DNA of 63,763 nucleotides, filler included, from a bacterium (GTDB taxonomy: Bacteria > JADJOY01), in assembly GCA_046331705.1 (NCBI GenBank). It is 4 parts of 4 records of this genome, joined end to end, with 100 filler letters (N's around TTAATTAATTAA, not from the genome) between each part and the next. Parts side by side here need not be neighbours in the genome. Positions count along the whole stretch, not along the records: positions 41,233 to 60,181 come from JAXLQJ010000090.1; 3 more parts are not named here. One strand, written 5' to 3'. This document shows positions 47,348 through 56,929 of the stretch, in pieces. The notes beneath the pieces are model-generated. The model did not search any database and had not been told where the DNA came from. It saw only the letters and a program-made list of their open reading frames with translations. The translations under genes and the position numbers were made by a program. Positions within the stretch are counted from its first letter, which is position 1, and the number at the start of each line of letters is the position of its first letter.

Positions 47348-48373
47348 TCAGTCCCAGACTCGTTCCCAGCGCTTGGTCTCGGCGGAACGGTACATCGCGA
47401 GCGCGGCGCGCAGCTCGCCGATCGCGGCCTCCGGGCCGGCGGCCAGCGGGGTGCCGTCGAGACAAGCGCGCGCGAAGTCGCCGAGCTGCGGGGCGTACGA
47501 TTCCATGTAACCGCACGGCTCGTCGATGGCTTGCCCGAAATGAGTCTCGTTGAAGAGCACGACCCGTCCGCCCATCTCGGCATCGATCACGATCTCGCCG
47601 CGTGTGCCCGTGACCCGGAAGAAGGTATCCATGCCGAGCATACCGTCGACCAGCATGACCTCGAACGACGCCGAGCGCCCCGAGCGGAAGCGCAGCAGCG
47701 CACGCGCCAGCGATTCGCCCTCCATCTGGGCGAGCGGCCGATCGAGGATGGCCACGACCTCCTCGATCTCGCCCATGAACATTCGGAGCGGCCGGATCCA
47801 GTGCGAGCCGATGTCGAGCGCCACGCCGCCGCCGGCCGCGCTCTTCTGGAACCGCCAGGGGCTCGCCCCCTCGTAGAACGACGCCGCGATCATCAGCGTC
47901 GCGAACGAGCTGGCGCGAGCCGTGATCACCTCGCCGATGGCGCCCTCGTCGATGAGGCGCTTCGCGATCACGACCTCGGGCCAGTACTGAGCGTTCTCCG
48001 CGACCATCAGCACGCGGCCCGCGGCGCGCGCGGTCGCGAGGATGCGATCGCACGCGGCGAGCTCGAGCGCCATGGGCTTCTCGAGCAGCACGTGCTTGCC
48101 GGCGGCGAGCGCCGCGCACGCCGCGCGCTCGTGAAGCGCCGGCGGCAGCAAGATGGCGACCGCGTCGAAGTCGCCGTCGGCGAGCGCCGCGTCGAGCGAG
48201 GCGAAGGGCATGGCGCCGGTCTCGGCGGCCACGGCTTCCGCGCGCTCGATCGCGGTATCGACGGCAGCGGTGACCCGGACCGCGCCGCCGGAGGCTTCCA
48301 CGGCGTTGAGGTGCATGCGAGAGATCGCACCGCAACCGACGATCGCGAGACGCAGCTGCGGGGTGCCCGTCAT
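47348..48373 (-). CDS. Gfo/Idh/MocA family oxidoreductase
   Basis: AIVGCGAIS, GKHVLLEKP, GGGVALDIGSHW; ATGA overlap with the upstream gene. Confidence 0.93.
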   Translation of the reverse strand: MTGTPQLRLAIVGCGAISRMHLNAVEASGGAVRVTAAVDTAIERAEAVAAETGAMPFASLDAALADGDFDAVAILLPPALHERAACAALAAGKHVLLEKPMALELAACDRILATARAAGRVLMVAENAQYWPEVVIAKRLIDEGAIGEVITARASSFATLMIAASFYEGASPWRFQKSAAGGGVALDIGSHWIRPLRMFMGEIEEVVAILDRPLAQMEGESLARALLRFRSGRSASFEVMLVDGMLGMDTFFRVTGTRGEIVIDAEMGGRVVLFNETHFGQAIDEPCGYMESYAPQLGDFARACLDGTPLAAGPEAAIGELRAALAMYRSAETKRWERVWD

Positions 48374-49689
48374 CGCGCGTCCTCCTCGGCGAGCGCGCTG
48401 GTGAGCTCGCGGATCCGATGCGTGAGCCAGCCCCATTCCCAGAAGTTCTCGCCCCGCGAGCGCTCGAGCAGCAGCTCGTGGGCGGCGAGCTGCGCGCGGA
48501 GCGCGGCGGCGTCGCGCGGCGCTGCGGCGAGGGCGATCTCCGTCAGGTGGATGGCCTCGACGGGCTCGCCCGCCTCGAGATGGCGGCGAGCGGCGGCGAC
48601 CAGCGCGCCGGCGCCGCCGGCGAGCTGCGCCAGCTCCGCGTAGAGTGATCGGACGGGAACGGGATAGAGGCTGGTGGTGGAGTCGTAATGGAACCAGCCT
48701 TGGTAGTGCTCCCAGATGGCGCGCACGCTCCACGACACCTTGCCGTAGCCCTCGCCGACCTCGACGTGCGCGGGGAGCCGGATCTCGCGCATGAGCGTCG
48801 CGACGTCCTTGCCCTCGTTCATGCCCTCCACGGTGGCGTCGTGGACGTGGCGGACGGCGTCGCGAAGGTCGTCGAGGCAGCGCGCGATTCGCTCGCGGCC
48901 GCGGATCGGCTGGTAGTGGCCGGTGACGAGCATCTCGGGCTCGAGCGCGCGCAGTCGCGCCAGCGAGTCGAGGTAGTCGAGCGCCGAACGCAGGAAGTCG
49001 CCGCGCAGCGTGATCAGGTTCGGAAAGTGCGGAAAGAGCGGGCCGAGCTGATTGCCGGTGAAGGCGATCCGCTGCTCGGGGAGCCACACGATCATCGAAT
49101 CGGTGGTCTCGCCGCCCGGCACGGCGAGCAGCTCGACGCGCAGCCCGCCGTGCTCGAAGGCGAGGTGGTCGTCGACGAGGATGGTGGGCGTCACGTCCAG
49201 GCTGGGGTGAGTCTCGTTGCGCTCGGCGGCATCCGACAGGGATCGGATGGCCTTCTCGATCACCGGCGCGAAGTAGACGAGGTTCCGGCGCATGCGAAAG
49301 CCGGTGAAGCGCTTCTGGTAGTCCTGGAGCTCGGCGAAGCGACGCTGCGCGATCACCTCCGTGGCGGGGCCGCGCAGCACGTTCACGCCGCCGATGTGAT
49401 CGAAGTGCCCTTGCGTCAGCAGGATGTGCGAGATCGGCCCGGGCGCCGCCGCCGCGAAGAGTCGGCGATGCCGATGCGCCTCGTGGGGAAGGCCGGTGTT
49501 CACCAGCAGGTTCCCGGCGGCATTCGCGATCAGATAGGCGTTCGAGGCGCCGTTCGACTGGTAGACGAAGTCGTGGATGCGAATGGCCTCGGTCTGGTCG
49601 TCGCCGTCGGTGTAGATGCTGGCGAAGAGCGGGCGGGGCGCCGCGTCGGTGTTCGGATGGCTCGAGCTCGGCTGGGATCGCATGGTCAT
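48370..49689 (-). CDS. Alkyl/aryl-sulfatase-like metallo-beta-lactamase fold protein with dimerisation domain
   Basis: LVNTG, LTQGHFDHIGG, PGGETTDS, FPNLITLRG, LVTGH, EGYGKVSWSVRAIW, YQGWF. Confidence 0.85.
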   Translation of the reverse strand: MTMRSQPSSSHPNTDAAPRPLFASIYTDGDDQTEAIRIHDFVYQSNGASNAYLIANAAGNLLVNTGLPHEAHRHRRLFAAAAPGPISHILLTQGHFDHIGGVNVLRGPATEVIAQRRFAELQDYQKRFTGFRMRRNLVYFAPVIEKAIRSLSDAAERNETHPSLDVTPTILVDDHLAFEHGGLRVELLAVPGGETTDSMIVWLPEQRIAFTGNQLGPLFPHFPNLITLRGDFLRSALDYLDSLARLRALEPEMLVTGHYQPIRGRERIARCLDDLRDAVRHVHDATVEGMNEGKDVATLMREIRLPAHVEVGEGYGKVSWSVRAIWEHYQGWFHYDSTTSLYPVPVRSLYAELAQLAGGAGALVAAARRHLEAGEPVEAIHLTEIALAAAPRDAAALRAQLAAHELLLERSRGENFWEWGWLTHRIRELTSALAEEDAR

Positions 49690-50858
49690 CTCACCGCGCT
49701 CGCGGAGCCCGCGCGGGCGGGCGCGAGGTCGAAGCGCTCGATGTAATCCGCGAACTCGTCCCGGATGGCGTGCTCGCTGAGCCCGAGCTCCGCGAGCGCG
49801 TAGCTGTGCTTGCCGAAGCGGCCCTGCGGGCTCGCGGCGAGGTGGGCGCGCATGCGCAGCTCGGCGTCCGGGGTGAGCTCGTCGCCGAAGAAGCGGTACA
49901 TCGCGCGGAGGGACCCGATCGGATCGGCCATGAACTCGCGATAACGAAAATCGTAGAAGCGGATCTGGGGGTGCGCGTCGCGAAAGCGCAGCATCGCGCT
50001 CACCATGTTGCGAGGAATCGCCCGCCACACGGTCTTCGCGTACTCGGCCCACGGGCCGTCGGTGAGCATCGCGCCCCCGGTGTGGAGCATCATGCTCACG
50101 TTCGATCCCACGACCTCGACGGGATCGCGGTGGGTGACCACCAAGCGGGCGTCGGGATAGACGCTCGTGAGCGCCTCGAGCGCGTACATGTGGCCAGGGG
50201 CCTTGAGCGACCAACGACCCGGCGCTTCGGACTGGAGTAGCGCCAGCACCATCTCGTGGTAGCGGTAGGCGTCGCGCATGTCGCAGCGCTCGTACCATTC
50301 GTTGAAGGACGGGATGCGGAACATCCCGATGTAGTCCTGGCTGCGGAAATGCTGGCCGAGGACCGGAACGCACTCGGTGGGGCCGTCGCCCGGCTCGTAG
50401 TGGATGGCCTTGAGCGTGGGGTTGAGATCGTAGGTCCACTCGGTCTCGGCGACCGTGCGAGCGATCCGCGGATCCGAGGTGAAGGTCTCGCGCCGCGGCG
50501 GCGGGACGCAGTCGAGGGCCTCCCACTTCATGAGCGCGCGGTTGGCGGGATCGCGCGCCAGCAGCTCGCAGAGGATCGTGGTGCCCGTGCGCAACATGCC
50601 GAGCACGAAGAGCGGGCGCTCCACGCGTTCCGCGCGGAGCGCTGGATGGCGCTTCACCCAGTCGACGACCTTCAGCCGATTCGCGATCCGCTGACCGATC
50701 CACCACTCGGCGATGCTCTCGCCGGTGGCGTTGAGGGCGGCCTCGGTGCGCAGCCCGTGGGTGAGCCGATCGAGCCCCTCGCGCCAGTCGCCCGCCCCCA
50801 TGTCGTCGAGACCCGTGGCGCCGTGGGCGGCTTCGAGCAGGGCTTCGCTGGTCAACAT
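49686..50858 (-). CDS. Sulfotransferase family protein
   Basis: PLFVLGMLRTGTT (5'-PSB loop), GPTEC, WSLKAPGH, VVTHRDP (3'-PB). Confidence 0.92.
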   Translation of the reverse strand: MLTSEALLEAAHGATGLDDMGAGDWREGLDRLTHGLRTEAALNATGESIAEWWIGQRIANRLKVVDWVKRHPALRAERVERPLFVLGMLRTGTTILCELLARDPANRALMKWEALDCVPPPRRETFTSDPRIARTVAETEWTYDLNPTLKAIHYEPGDGPTECVPVLGQHFRSQDYIGMFRIPSFNEWYERCDMRDAYRYHEMVLALLQSEAPGRWSLKAPGHMYALEALTSVYPDARLVVTHRDPVEVVGSNVSMMLHTGGAMLTDGPWAEYAKTVWRAIPRNMVSAMLRFRDAHPQIRFYDFRYREFMADPIGSLRAMYRFFGDELTPDAELRMRAHLAASPQGRFGKHSYALAELGLSEHAIRDEFADYIERFDLAPARAGSASAVR

Positions 50859-50888
50859 GCGCGTGGCTTCTCGGCGGCGTTCGTGGGT

Positions 50889-50922
50889 TTGACCTGAACA
50901 AGAAGTAAGTGTACGTTTACTT
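50889..50922 (+). promoter_or_regulatory. Promoter TTGACC-N17-TACGTT overlapped by palindrome AAGTAA-N8-TTACTT (putative TetR operator, 50903-50922)
   Basis: AT-rich patch in the 71-bp divergent gap; perfect 6-bp inverted repeat covering the -10 box. Confidence 0.7.
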
Positions 50923-50929
50923 ATAAGTC

Positions 50930-51664
50930 ATGGCAAGCACGATCCGATCCAAACGACAGGCGAAGAACGCCGCCCGAGCGGTGGCCGGAGGCCGAAACCT
51001 CGCCGCCCATCGTGCGCGGGCGAGACATCCGCCGCGACCGCGCCGTGCCACGCCGCGTGAGCCGCGCAGGCGGCTGCCGAACGAGCAGCGCCGGGTGCTG
51101 GTGCTGGAGGCAGCCGTGGCGCGTTTCGCCGAGCACGGCTTCGCGGGCACGACGCTCGCTCACGTGGCGAGCGCCGCGGGTCTCTCGGAGGCGATGCTCG
51201 TCAAGCTCTTCGGCAGCAAGCTCGGGCTCTTCGAGGCGCTCATCGAGCACCAGATGGCGCGCACCGGAGGACGGGATCTGCTCGCGCCCGCGGCGGCCAC
51301 CACCGACGACGCGCTCGCCTTCTTCCGGGGGTTTGCCGAGAAGGTGTTGCGGCTCGGCCGCGAGGAGGTCGCGTTCCTGCGCGTGGTGCTCTTCGGCGCG
51401 CTGGAGGGCAGCGAGCTGGCGCGCATGTTCCACGAGGTCCGAATCCGGGCGATCGTCGACTACGTCGCGGGCTACGTCGATCGCCAGATCCGCGCCGGCC
51501 GATTCCGTCGCGTCGATGCCGAGACCGCGGCGCGCGCGTTCCTCGGCATGCTGAGCGAGGACGCGTTCTCGCGGGCGTTTCGCGTCGGCGAAGGCTCGCC
51601 GCATTCGCCGGAGGAGCTGGCGCGGACCTTCGCGGAGATCGTGGTGCGGGGCTTGCGCCGATGA
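50930..51664 (+). CDS. TetR/AcrR family regulator with basic N-terminal extension
   Basis: VLEAAVARFAEHGFAGTTLAHVASAAGLSEAMLVKLFGSKLGLF. Confidence 0.9.
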   Translation: MASTIRSKRQAKNAARAVAGGRNLAAHRARARHPPRPRRATPREPRRRLPNEQRRVLVLEAAVARFAEHGFAGTTLAHVASAAGLSEAMLVKLFGSKLGLFEALIEHQMARTGGRDLLAPAAATTDDALAFFRGFAEKVLRLGREEVAFLRVVLFGALEGSELARMFHEVRIRAIVDYVAGYVDRQIRAGRFRRVDAETAARAFLGMLSEDAFSRAFRVGEGSPHSPEELARTFAEIVVRGLRR

Positions 51665-52584
51665 GCGCCGCCGCGCGTCTCGGTCAGGCGGCGTTCTTTC
51701 CCGCCGTCATGGCCGGCGCGATCGGCGCGATGCTGGTCCTGCTGCACGCCGGCCTGCCGCCCACGGCGGCGTTCGTTCCGCCGCTCGCCCTCGCGTACGC
51801 GACGGTGGCGCTCGGCGAGCGGCGGATGCCCTTCCGGAGCGAGTGGTCGCGGGCCCGCGGCGACGTGCGCGTCGACGTCGCCCACTTCCTCGGCTCGGGC
51901 ATCGTCGGCGTGGAGGCCGCGCGTCCGCTGCTGATGGCCGCGGCCGTGGCCATGGCCGAACCGCTCTCGGCGGCGTTCCACGCGCCGCTCTGGCCGCGCG
52001 CCTGGCCGCTCGTGGCACAGCTCGCGCTCGCCGTGGTGCTCGGCGATTTCTTCCTGTACTGGATGCACCGCCTCAGTCACGAGGTCGAGTGGTTGTGGCG
52101 GTTTCATTCGATCCACCACAGCGCGCCGCGGCTCTACTTCTTCAACGCGCACCGCTTCCACCCCATCGATCTCGTGCTCTCGTATGCGTCGTGGTACGTG
52201 CCGGTGGTGGCGCTCGGCGCCGGTCCCGAGCTGGTGGTCCTGCACACGCTCTTCACGGCCGTGAACGGGATCTTCAAGCACACGAATTTTCCGCTTCGCT
52301 TGGGTTGGTGGAACCACGTGTTCAGCACGGCCGAGACCCATCGCTGGCATCACTCGCGGGTGCTCGGCGAGGCGAACGCCAACTACGGCCAGAACTCGAT
52401 GATCTGGGACGTGCTCTTCGGCACCTGGCTGCTACCCGCGGATCGCCAGCCGCCAGTGGACGTCGGACTCGCGGATGCGCAGCTCGGCGCATTTCCGCGC
52501 GACTACGCCGGGCAGCTCCTGGCGCCGCTGCGCTGGCGGCGGATGCGTGCGGTCGAGGCGGACGCCCGCTCGGCGGATTGCTGA
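51661..52584 (+). CDS. Sterol desaturase/fatty acid hydroxylase family protein
   Basis: YWMHRLSH, FHSIHHS, RFHPID, HRWHHS, NYG; ATGA overlap with tetR. Confidence 0.92.
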   Translation: MSAAARLGQAAFFPAVMAGAIGAMLVLLHAGLPPTAAFVPPLALAYATVALGERRMPFRSEWSRARGDVRVDVAHFLGSGIVGVEAARPLLMAAAVAMAEPLSAAFHAPLWPRAWPLVAQLALAVVLGDFFLYWMHRLSHEVEWLWRFHSIHHSAPRLYFFNAHRFHPIDLVLSYASWYVPVVALGAGPELVVLHTLFTAVNGIFKHTNFPLRLGWWNHVFSTAETHRWHHSRVLGEANANYGQNSMIWDVLFGTWLLPADRQPPVDVGLADAQLGAFPRDYAGQLLAPLRWRRMRAVEADARSADC

Positions 52585-52689
52585 GCCGAGGGCGAGACGC
52601 GGCTTCCTCGTTTTGCGGATTCGCGCCGGCGAGGGTTGATCGCGGCAGCGCGCGTTCGGTAGAAGAGTGCCCTCACCTGGGGGCTTCTC

Positions 52690-54741
52690 ATGATGTGCCT
52701 GAGCTGCGGCGAGACCATCGACGCCGGCGTCGCGCTCTGTCCGGAGTGCGGTAAGTCGCCTTACGAGCCGCCCGAGGCCGTGCGCGCTCCCAACTCGCCG
52801 TCCGCGCTGCTCGCCGACGAGCTCGTCGCCGGCCTCGTCGCGAACGCGGCGCCGCCCGCCGCGGCGGCACCGGAGCCGCTCCCGCTCGTGGATTTGACCG
52901 AGAGCCAGCAACGACGCGTCGCGTTCCTGCTGCAGAAGCTCGAGGCCGACCCCAACCAGCCCAAGGCGCTCCTCGGTCTGGCGCAGGTGTACGAGGAAGC
53001 GGGGGACGTGACGACCGCGCTCGGCTACTACCGCTCCTGCGCGAGCGTCGACCCGCTCGACGGCTACGCGGCGGGTCGGCTCGCGATCCTGGAGGCGAAG
53101 CACGGCAGGCGCCCCGCGCAAGAGCCCGCGTCGGACGGCCGCGGGAACGCTAACGGGGCCGCGGTTGCGCCGATGGCCACGCCCGGCGGCGAGCCCGCCA
53201 CGCGCTCGCTGCGCACTCCGCGCACCGGCGCGGTCTCGGATCGCGGCGCAGGCGTGGAGCCGCGTCCGACCACGGGGACCTTGCGTCAGACCACCGGCGT
53301 GCCGCGCGCGCGGACCGATTCGGTGCACGGTCGTGCGCCGGTGCCGCCCGCCGCCGCGCCGCGCCGCTGGTACGCCAATCCGGTCGCCTGGATCATCGCG
53401 GTGGCGTTGCTCGCGGTGGGTGGCTACGTCGGGTTTCGCCAATACGAGCGCAGCGCGCAGGCCTCGGTGCTCGGGGAGCGGCGCACCTGCTGGGGCCCGT
53501 CCTTCAGCCACGACGGACGCTATCTCGCCGTCTACGAACCCTCGGCGAAGCCCGATCTCGAATCCGTGACGTGGGGTTACCAAGGGACCGGGGATGCGTT
53601 CGTGCGCGTGCTCGCGATCGAATCGCGCGACGTGCTCGCCTCGTTCACGAAGGCGAACGTGTGGAAAGGCAGCGAGGGGCCGTCGTGGGGCGGCGCGCGT
53701 TACCTGGTGTTTCCCACCGCCAGCGGCGACGACGAGGCAGGCCGCATCTCGGTCGCGGACATCCAGACCAAGACCGTGGCCATGACGCTCGAAGGCGCCA
53801 ACGCGCGTATCTCGCCGGACGGCCGCTTCATCGCGTACGAGAAGGGAGTCGAGGTCGAGCCCGACGCGGTCGGGCCGTACCGCTTCTATTCGCGCTACAA
53901 GCCGAAGCAGCCCGAGATCTTCGTGTTCGAGATCTCGACTCGCGACGACCGCCAGCTCACCTCCGACGGCGGTTACGACCCCGTGTGGTCACCGGACAGC
54001 CGCCAGCTCGTGTATCGGCGGGTTCGGGCCACCGAGTTCATGAAGCAGGGAGTGCAGATCCGCCGCGGCGATCCGGAGACCGATCGCGACGGCGGCCGGC
54101 TCCACCGCGAGCTCTACACCTACAAATCCAAGCGCTTCGCCGGTGTCGAGTTGGTGTCCATCCCGCGCGATGGCGGCGAGCCGGTGGTGGTGGCGAGCGG
54201 CGGCATCAACGGCCACGCCGCGTGGGTGGGCCGCGACGCGCACACGGTGTCGTGGGTGCACTGGGAGCTCGACGAGGAGGACGACGACGAGTACGGCAGC
54301 GCGTTTCGACTCTACGCCTTCGGGCGGGCCGAGGACTCGGGCAAGGTCGCGCTGGAGGCGACGTTGATGATCGGCACGGCGGCGGGCGGAGAGGCGGAGG
54401 AGGTGCTCGGTCCGCTCAACGACGCGATCCGCCTCGACACCGCGCGGTGGTCGCCGGACGGCGCCAAGCTGGTCTACGAGCGCGTGATCTCGGACTCGAC
54501 GATGATCGTCGCGAACCGGCGCGCCGGCGCGAAGCTGGGCGATTTTCAGGACGAGACCGATCTGCACTTCTATGATCGCGCCACCCGTCGCAGCATCCGG
54601 CTCGCCGGCAAGGACAATCCGCACCGAACACGGCCGAGCTTCAGCCCGGACGGCCAGTCGCTCGCGTACCTGATCCACGAATGGGCGATCCCGAACGTTC
54701 AGGTCGCGAAGCTGAGCCGGCTCCTGCCGCAGAGTCGATGA
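52690..54741 (+). CDS. Zinc ribbon + TPR + single TM + TolB/PD40-like beta-propeller protein
   Basis: CLSCG...CPECG; ALLGLAQVYEEAGDVTTALGYY; TM VAWIIAVALLAVGGYVGF; PSFSHDG, ISPDG, PVWSPD, WSPDG, PSFSPDG. Confidence 0.85.
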   Translation: MMCLSCGETIDAGVALCPECGKSPYEPPEAVRAPNSPSALLADELVAGLVANAAPPAAAAPEPLPLVDLTESQQRRVAFLLQKLEADPNQPKALLGLAQVYEEAGDVTTALGYYRSCASVDPLDGYAAGRLAILEAKHGRRPAQEPASDGRGNANGAAVAPMATPGGEPATRSLRTPRTGAVSDRGAGVEPRPTTGTLRQTTGVPRARTDSVHGRAPVPPAAAPRRWYANPVAWIIAVALLAVGGYVGFRQYERSAQASVLGERRTCWGPSFSHDGRYLAVYEPSAKPDLESVTWGYQGTGDAFVRVLAIESRDVLASFTKANVWKGSEGPSWGGARYLVFPTASGDDEAGRISVADIQTKTVAMTLEGANARISPDGRFIAYEKGVEVEPDAVGPYRFYSRYKPKQPEIFVFEISTRDDRQLTSDGGYDPVWSPDSRQLVYRRVRATEFMKQGVQIRRGDPETDRDGGRLHRELYTYKSKRFAGVELVSIPRDGGEPVVVASGGINGHAAWVGRDAHTVSWVHWELDEEDDDEYGSAFRLYAFGRAEDSGKVALEATLMIGTAAGGEAEEVLGPLNDAIRLDTARWSPDGAKLVYERVISDSTMIVANRRAGAKLGDFQDETDLHFYDRATRRSIRLAGKDNPHRTRPSFSPDGQSLAYLIHEWAIPNVQVAKLSRLLPQSR

Positions 54742-54788
54742 AGCGACGTTCCGAGTCCCGCGAGCGCGCCGAGCGCGAGAGGATCGAC

Positions 54789-55223
54789 ATGCGAATGGCC
54801 CATTCTTCACGTTCTTCACGAGTTGCGGTGCTCCTCGGCGCCGCGCTTGCGCTCCTCTCCGCGAGCTGCAAGCAGCAAGCGTCGATGGCGCCGATGGCCG
54901 TGCACATGCGCGAGATCGACAAGACGTGGGCGCTCTTCTCGAAGACCATCGACGAGAAGGGGCCCTACCACGCGCAACCCTACGTCGCGCAGCTCGCCGG
55001 CATGTTCCGTTCGGACGTGATCGCGAGCTCCGACTACTATCGGAACCCCGAGTTCAAGCGGCACAACGACGACATGGTGAAGGCGCTGGATCGATTCGAC
55101 ACCGAGCTGAGCGAGCGTGCCCTGTTCGACGTCATGTCGAGCCGCCAGGACATCCAGAACCTCTGCAAGAATTGCCACAACCAGTTCTGGGAGAAGGCCA
55201 AGAAGCGGCGCGAGAGCCGGTGA
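54789..55223 (+). CDS. Small monoheme cytochrome c lipoprotein (cytochrome c'-like layout); alternative start 54738
   Basis: Lipobox LSASC, helical body, single C-terminal CKNCH. Confidence 0.75.
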   Translation: MRMAHSSRSSRVAVLLGAALALLSASCKQQASMAPMAVHMREIDKTWALFSKTIDEKGPYHAQPYVAQLAGMFRSDVIASSDYYRNPEFKRHNDDMVKALDRFDTELSERALFDVMSSRQDIQNLCKNCHNQFWEKAKKRRESR

Positions 55224-55350
55224 CGCGGGCGCGGGAGGTGGCGACGAGTCGCGCGCTCGAATCGCTCGCGCCGCCGGTCCCGATCGCGAAGAGTCGTCGA
55301 GTCGTGAGATGGGGTGCGCTTCGCGCTCGTTTCAGGGCTAGCAGGGCGCC

Positions 55351-56841
55351 GTGATCCTCCCCTACGCACACGATCAGGCCGTTCGTCGCACACCGTGGGC
55401 GACGATCGCGATCGTCGTGCTCAACCTCGTGCTGTTCCTCGCGACCCGGGTCGTGCTGGGCGGGCGCAGCGCGGAGGCCCACGATCGCGCCGAGCTGCGT
55501 GCGGGGCAAGCGCTCGCGTCGGCGTATCGAGACCACGTGCACCACGTGCGCGACTCTCGCGCCGCGCCCGCTGCCGCGGAACCGCTGGCCTGGGACGCGT
55601 TCGCGGCGGCGCTTAAGCGCGGGCCGGTGGCCGGCGTGGAGACCGCGAAGCGTGACCACTGGCTGGAGGCGAAGGCCGACTTCGAGCGCATCCACCGAAA
55701 CGATCCCGACGTGGCGTTCGACCTCTTCTACGGAGAGGGCTTTCGACCCTGGCAGCTCGTCACGCACATGTTCATGCACGTGAGCTGGCTCCACATCGTG
55801 GGCAATCTCTACTTCTTCGTGCTGTGCGCGCCGCCGCTCGAGTTCCGTTGGGGTATCCCGATGTTCCTGCTGCTCTACGTGGGCGGCGGGCTCGCGGCTG
55901 CGGCGGCGATGCTGCCGATCCTGGCTGGCACCAACGGCAATCTGCTCGGCGCCTCGGGCGCGATGGCTGCGTGCATGGGCGCGTTCTTCGTTCGCCATTG
56001 GAACGCCCGCGTGAAGTTCTTGTGGCTTCGAGGCTTTGGCATGACCTCGTTGCACTGGGGCGAGCTCGCCATGCCCGCCTGGTTGATGCTCGGGCTGTGG
56101 CTGGCGGAGCAGTCGATGTTCGCCTCCGTGCAGGAGCACCTCGGTGTGGCGGTGTGGGCGCACCTCGGCGGCTTCGGGTTTGGCGCGGTGCTCGCCGCGG
56201 CCTTGCGCGCGGCCGCGTGGGAGAAGAAGCGCTTCGAGAGACGCATCCTGCTCGGAGGAGATGCGTCGCCGGACGACGAGGACACGGACATGGCGCTGTC
56301 GCTGACCAAGAGCGGCGCTTGGCGCGACGCGAGTCGCTATTGCATCCGCGCGCTCGAGCAGCATCCCGATCATCCGGTGCTGCTCGCCGCTCACGCACGC
56401 GGCTTGGCGCACCTGGGCGATCCGGATGCGGCGCGTGCGGCACTGGCGAAGGCGATCACCAAGGCCAAGGCCGCCGGTCCCTCCGAGCACCTCCTGGATG
56501 CGGCGCGCACGCTCGCGGAGCGCGTGCCCACGCTGGCGCTCGACCCGGCGCTCGGCATGGTGCTGGCGCGCTGGTTCGAGGACGACGGTGAGCCCGCGGA
56601 CGCGCTCTGGGCGTATCGCGACGTGGCGGAGACGAACGTCGAGCACGCGCTCGCGCCCAAGGCGCTGTTGCGCGCCGCCGAGCTGCATCGAACCGTGCTC
56701 GCGGATCCCGCGAGGGCGCGTAACGCGCTGACGCTCTTTCTCGAGCGCTACCCCGAGCATCCCCTGGCGCCGAGCGTCCGCGGCCTGCTCGATGGCCTGC
56801 CGCGGGAGCGCCCGACGTCGATTCCCCTCGATCGCTCGTGA
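55351..56841 (+). CDS. Rhomboid intramembrane serine protease with C-terminal TPR-like region
   Basis: WQLVTHMFMHVSWLHIVGN, LLGASGA, WAHLGGF; helical repeats ending FLERYPEHP. Confidence 0.9.
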   Translation: MILPYAHDQAVRRTPWATIAIVVLNLVLFLATRVVLGGRSAEAHDRAELRAGQALASAYRDHVHHVRDSRAAPAAAEPLAWDAFAAALKRGPVAGVETAKRDHWLEAKADFERIHRNDPDVAFDLFYGEGFRPWQLVTHMFMHVSWLHIVGNLYFFVLCAPPLEFRWGIPMFLLLYVGGGLAAAAAMLPILAGTNGNLLGASGAMAACMGAFFVRHWNARVKFLWLRGFGMTSLHWGELAMPAWLMLGLWLAEQSMFASVQEHLGVAVWAHLGGFGFGAVLAAALRAAAWEKKRFERRILLGGDASPDDEDTDMALSLTKSGAWRDASRYCIRALEQHPDHPVLLAAHARGLAHLGDPDAARAALAKAITKAKAAGPSEHLLDAARTLAERVPTLALDPALGMVLARWFEDDGEPADALWAYRDVAETNVEHALAPKALLRAAELHRTVLADPARARNALTLFLERYPEHPLAPSVRGLLDGLPRERPTSIPLDRS

Positions 56842-56929
56842 CCGAGCCGATCGGCGCCCGTGGCTCGGAGCGGCCGGGCCGCGAGCGAGGGTGTACGCTC
56901 GTCCTCGAACGGTGCTCGCGAGGTGAGCG

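Noticed and set aside
45716-48643. Very long antisense or alternate-frame ORFs (this 975-aa one, also 26093-28753, 33909-36596, 2241-4232)
   Set aside because: Arg/Ala/Gly-rich with no motifs and overlapping well-supported genes; expected from stop-codon scarcity at high GC.
55351-56841. Rhomboid as the sortase for the C-terminal anchor at 42930-43075
   Set aside because: It has a large TPR-like extension unlike compact rhombosortases, is 12 kb away, and the anchor is Cys-type rather than GlyGly-CTERM.
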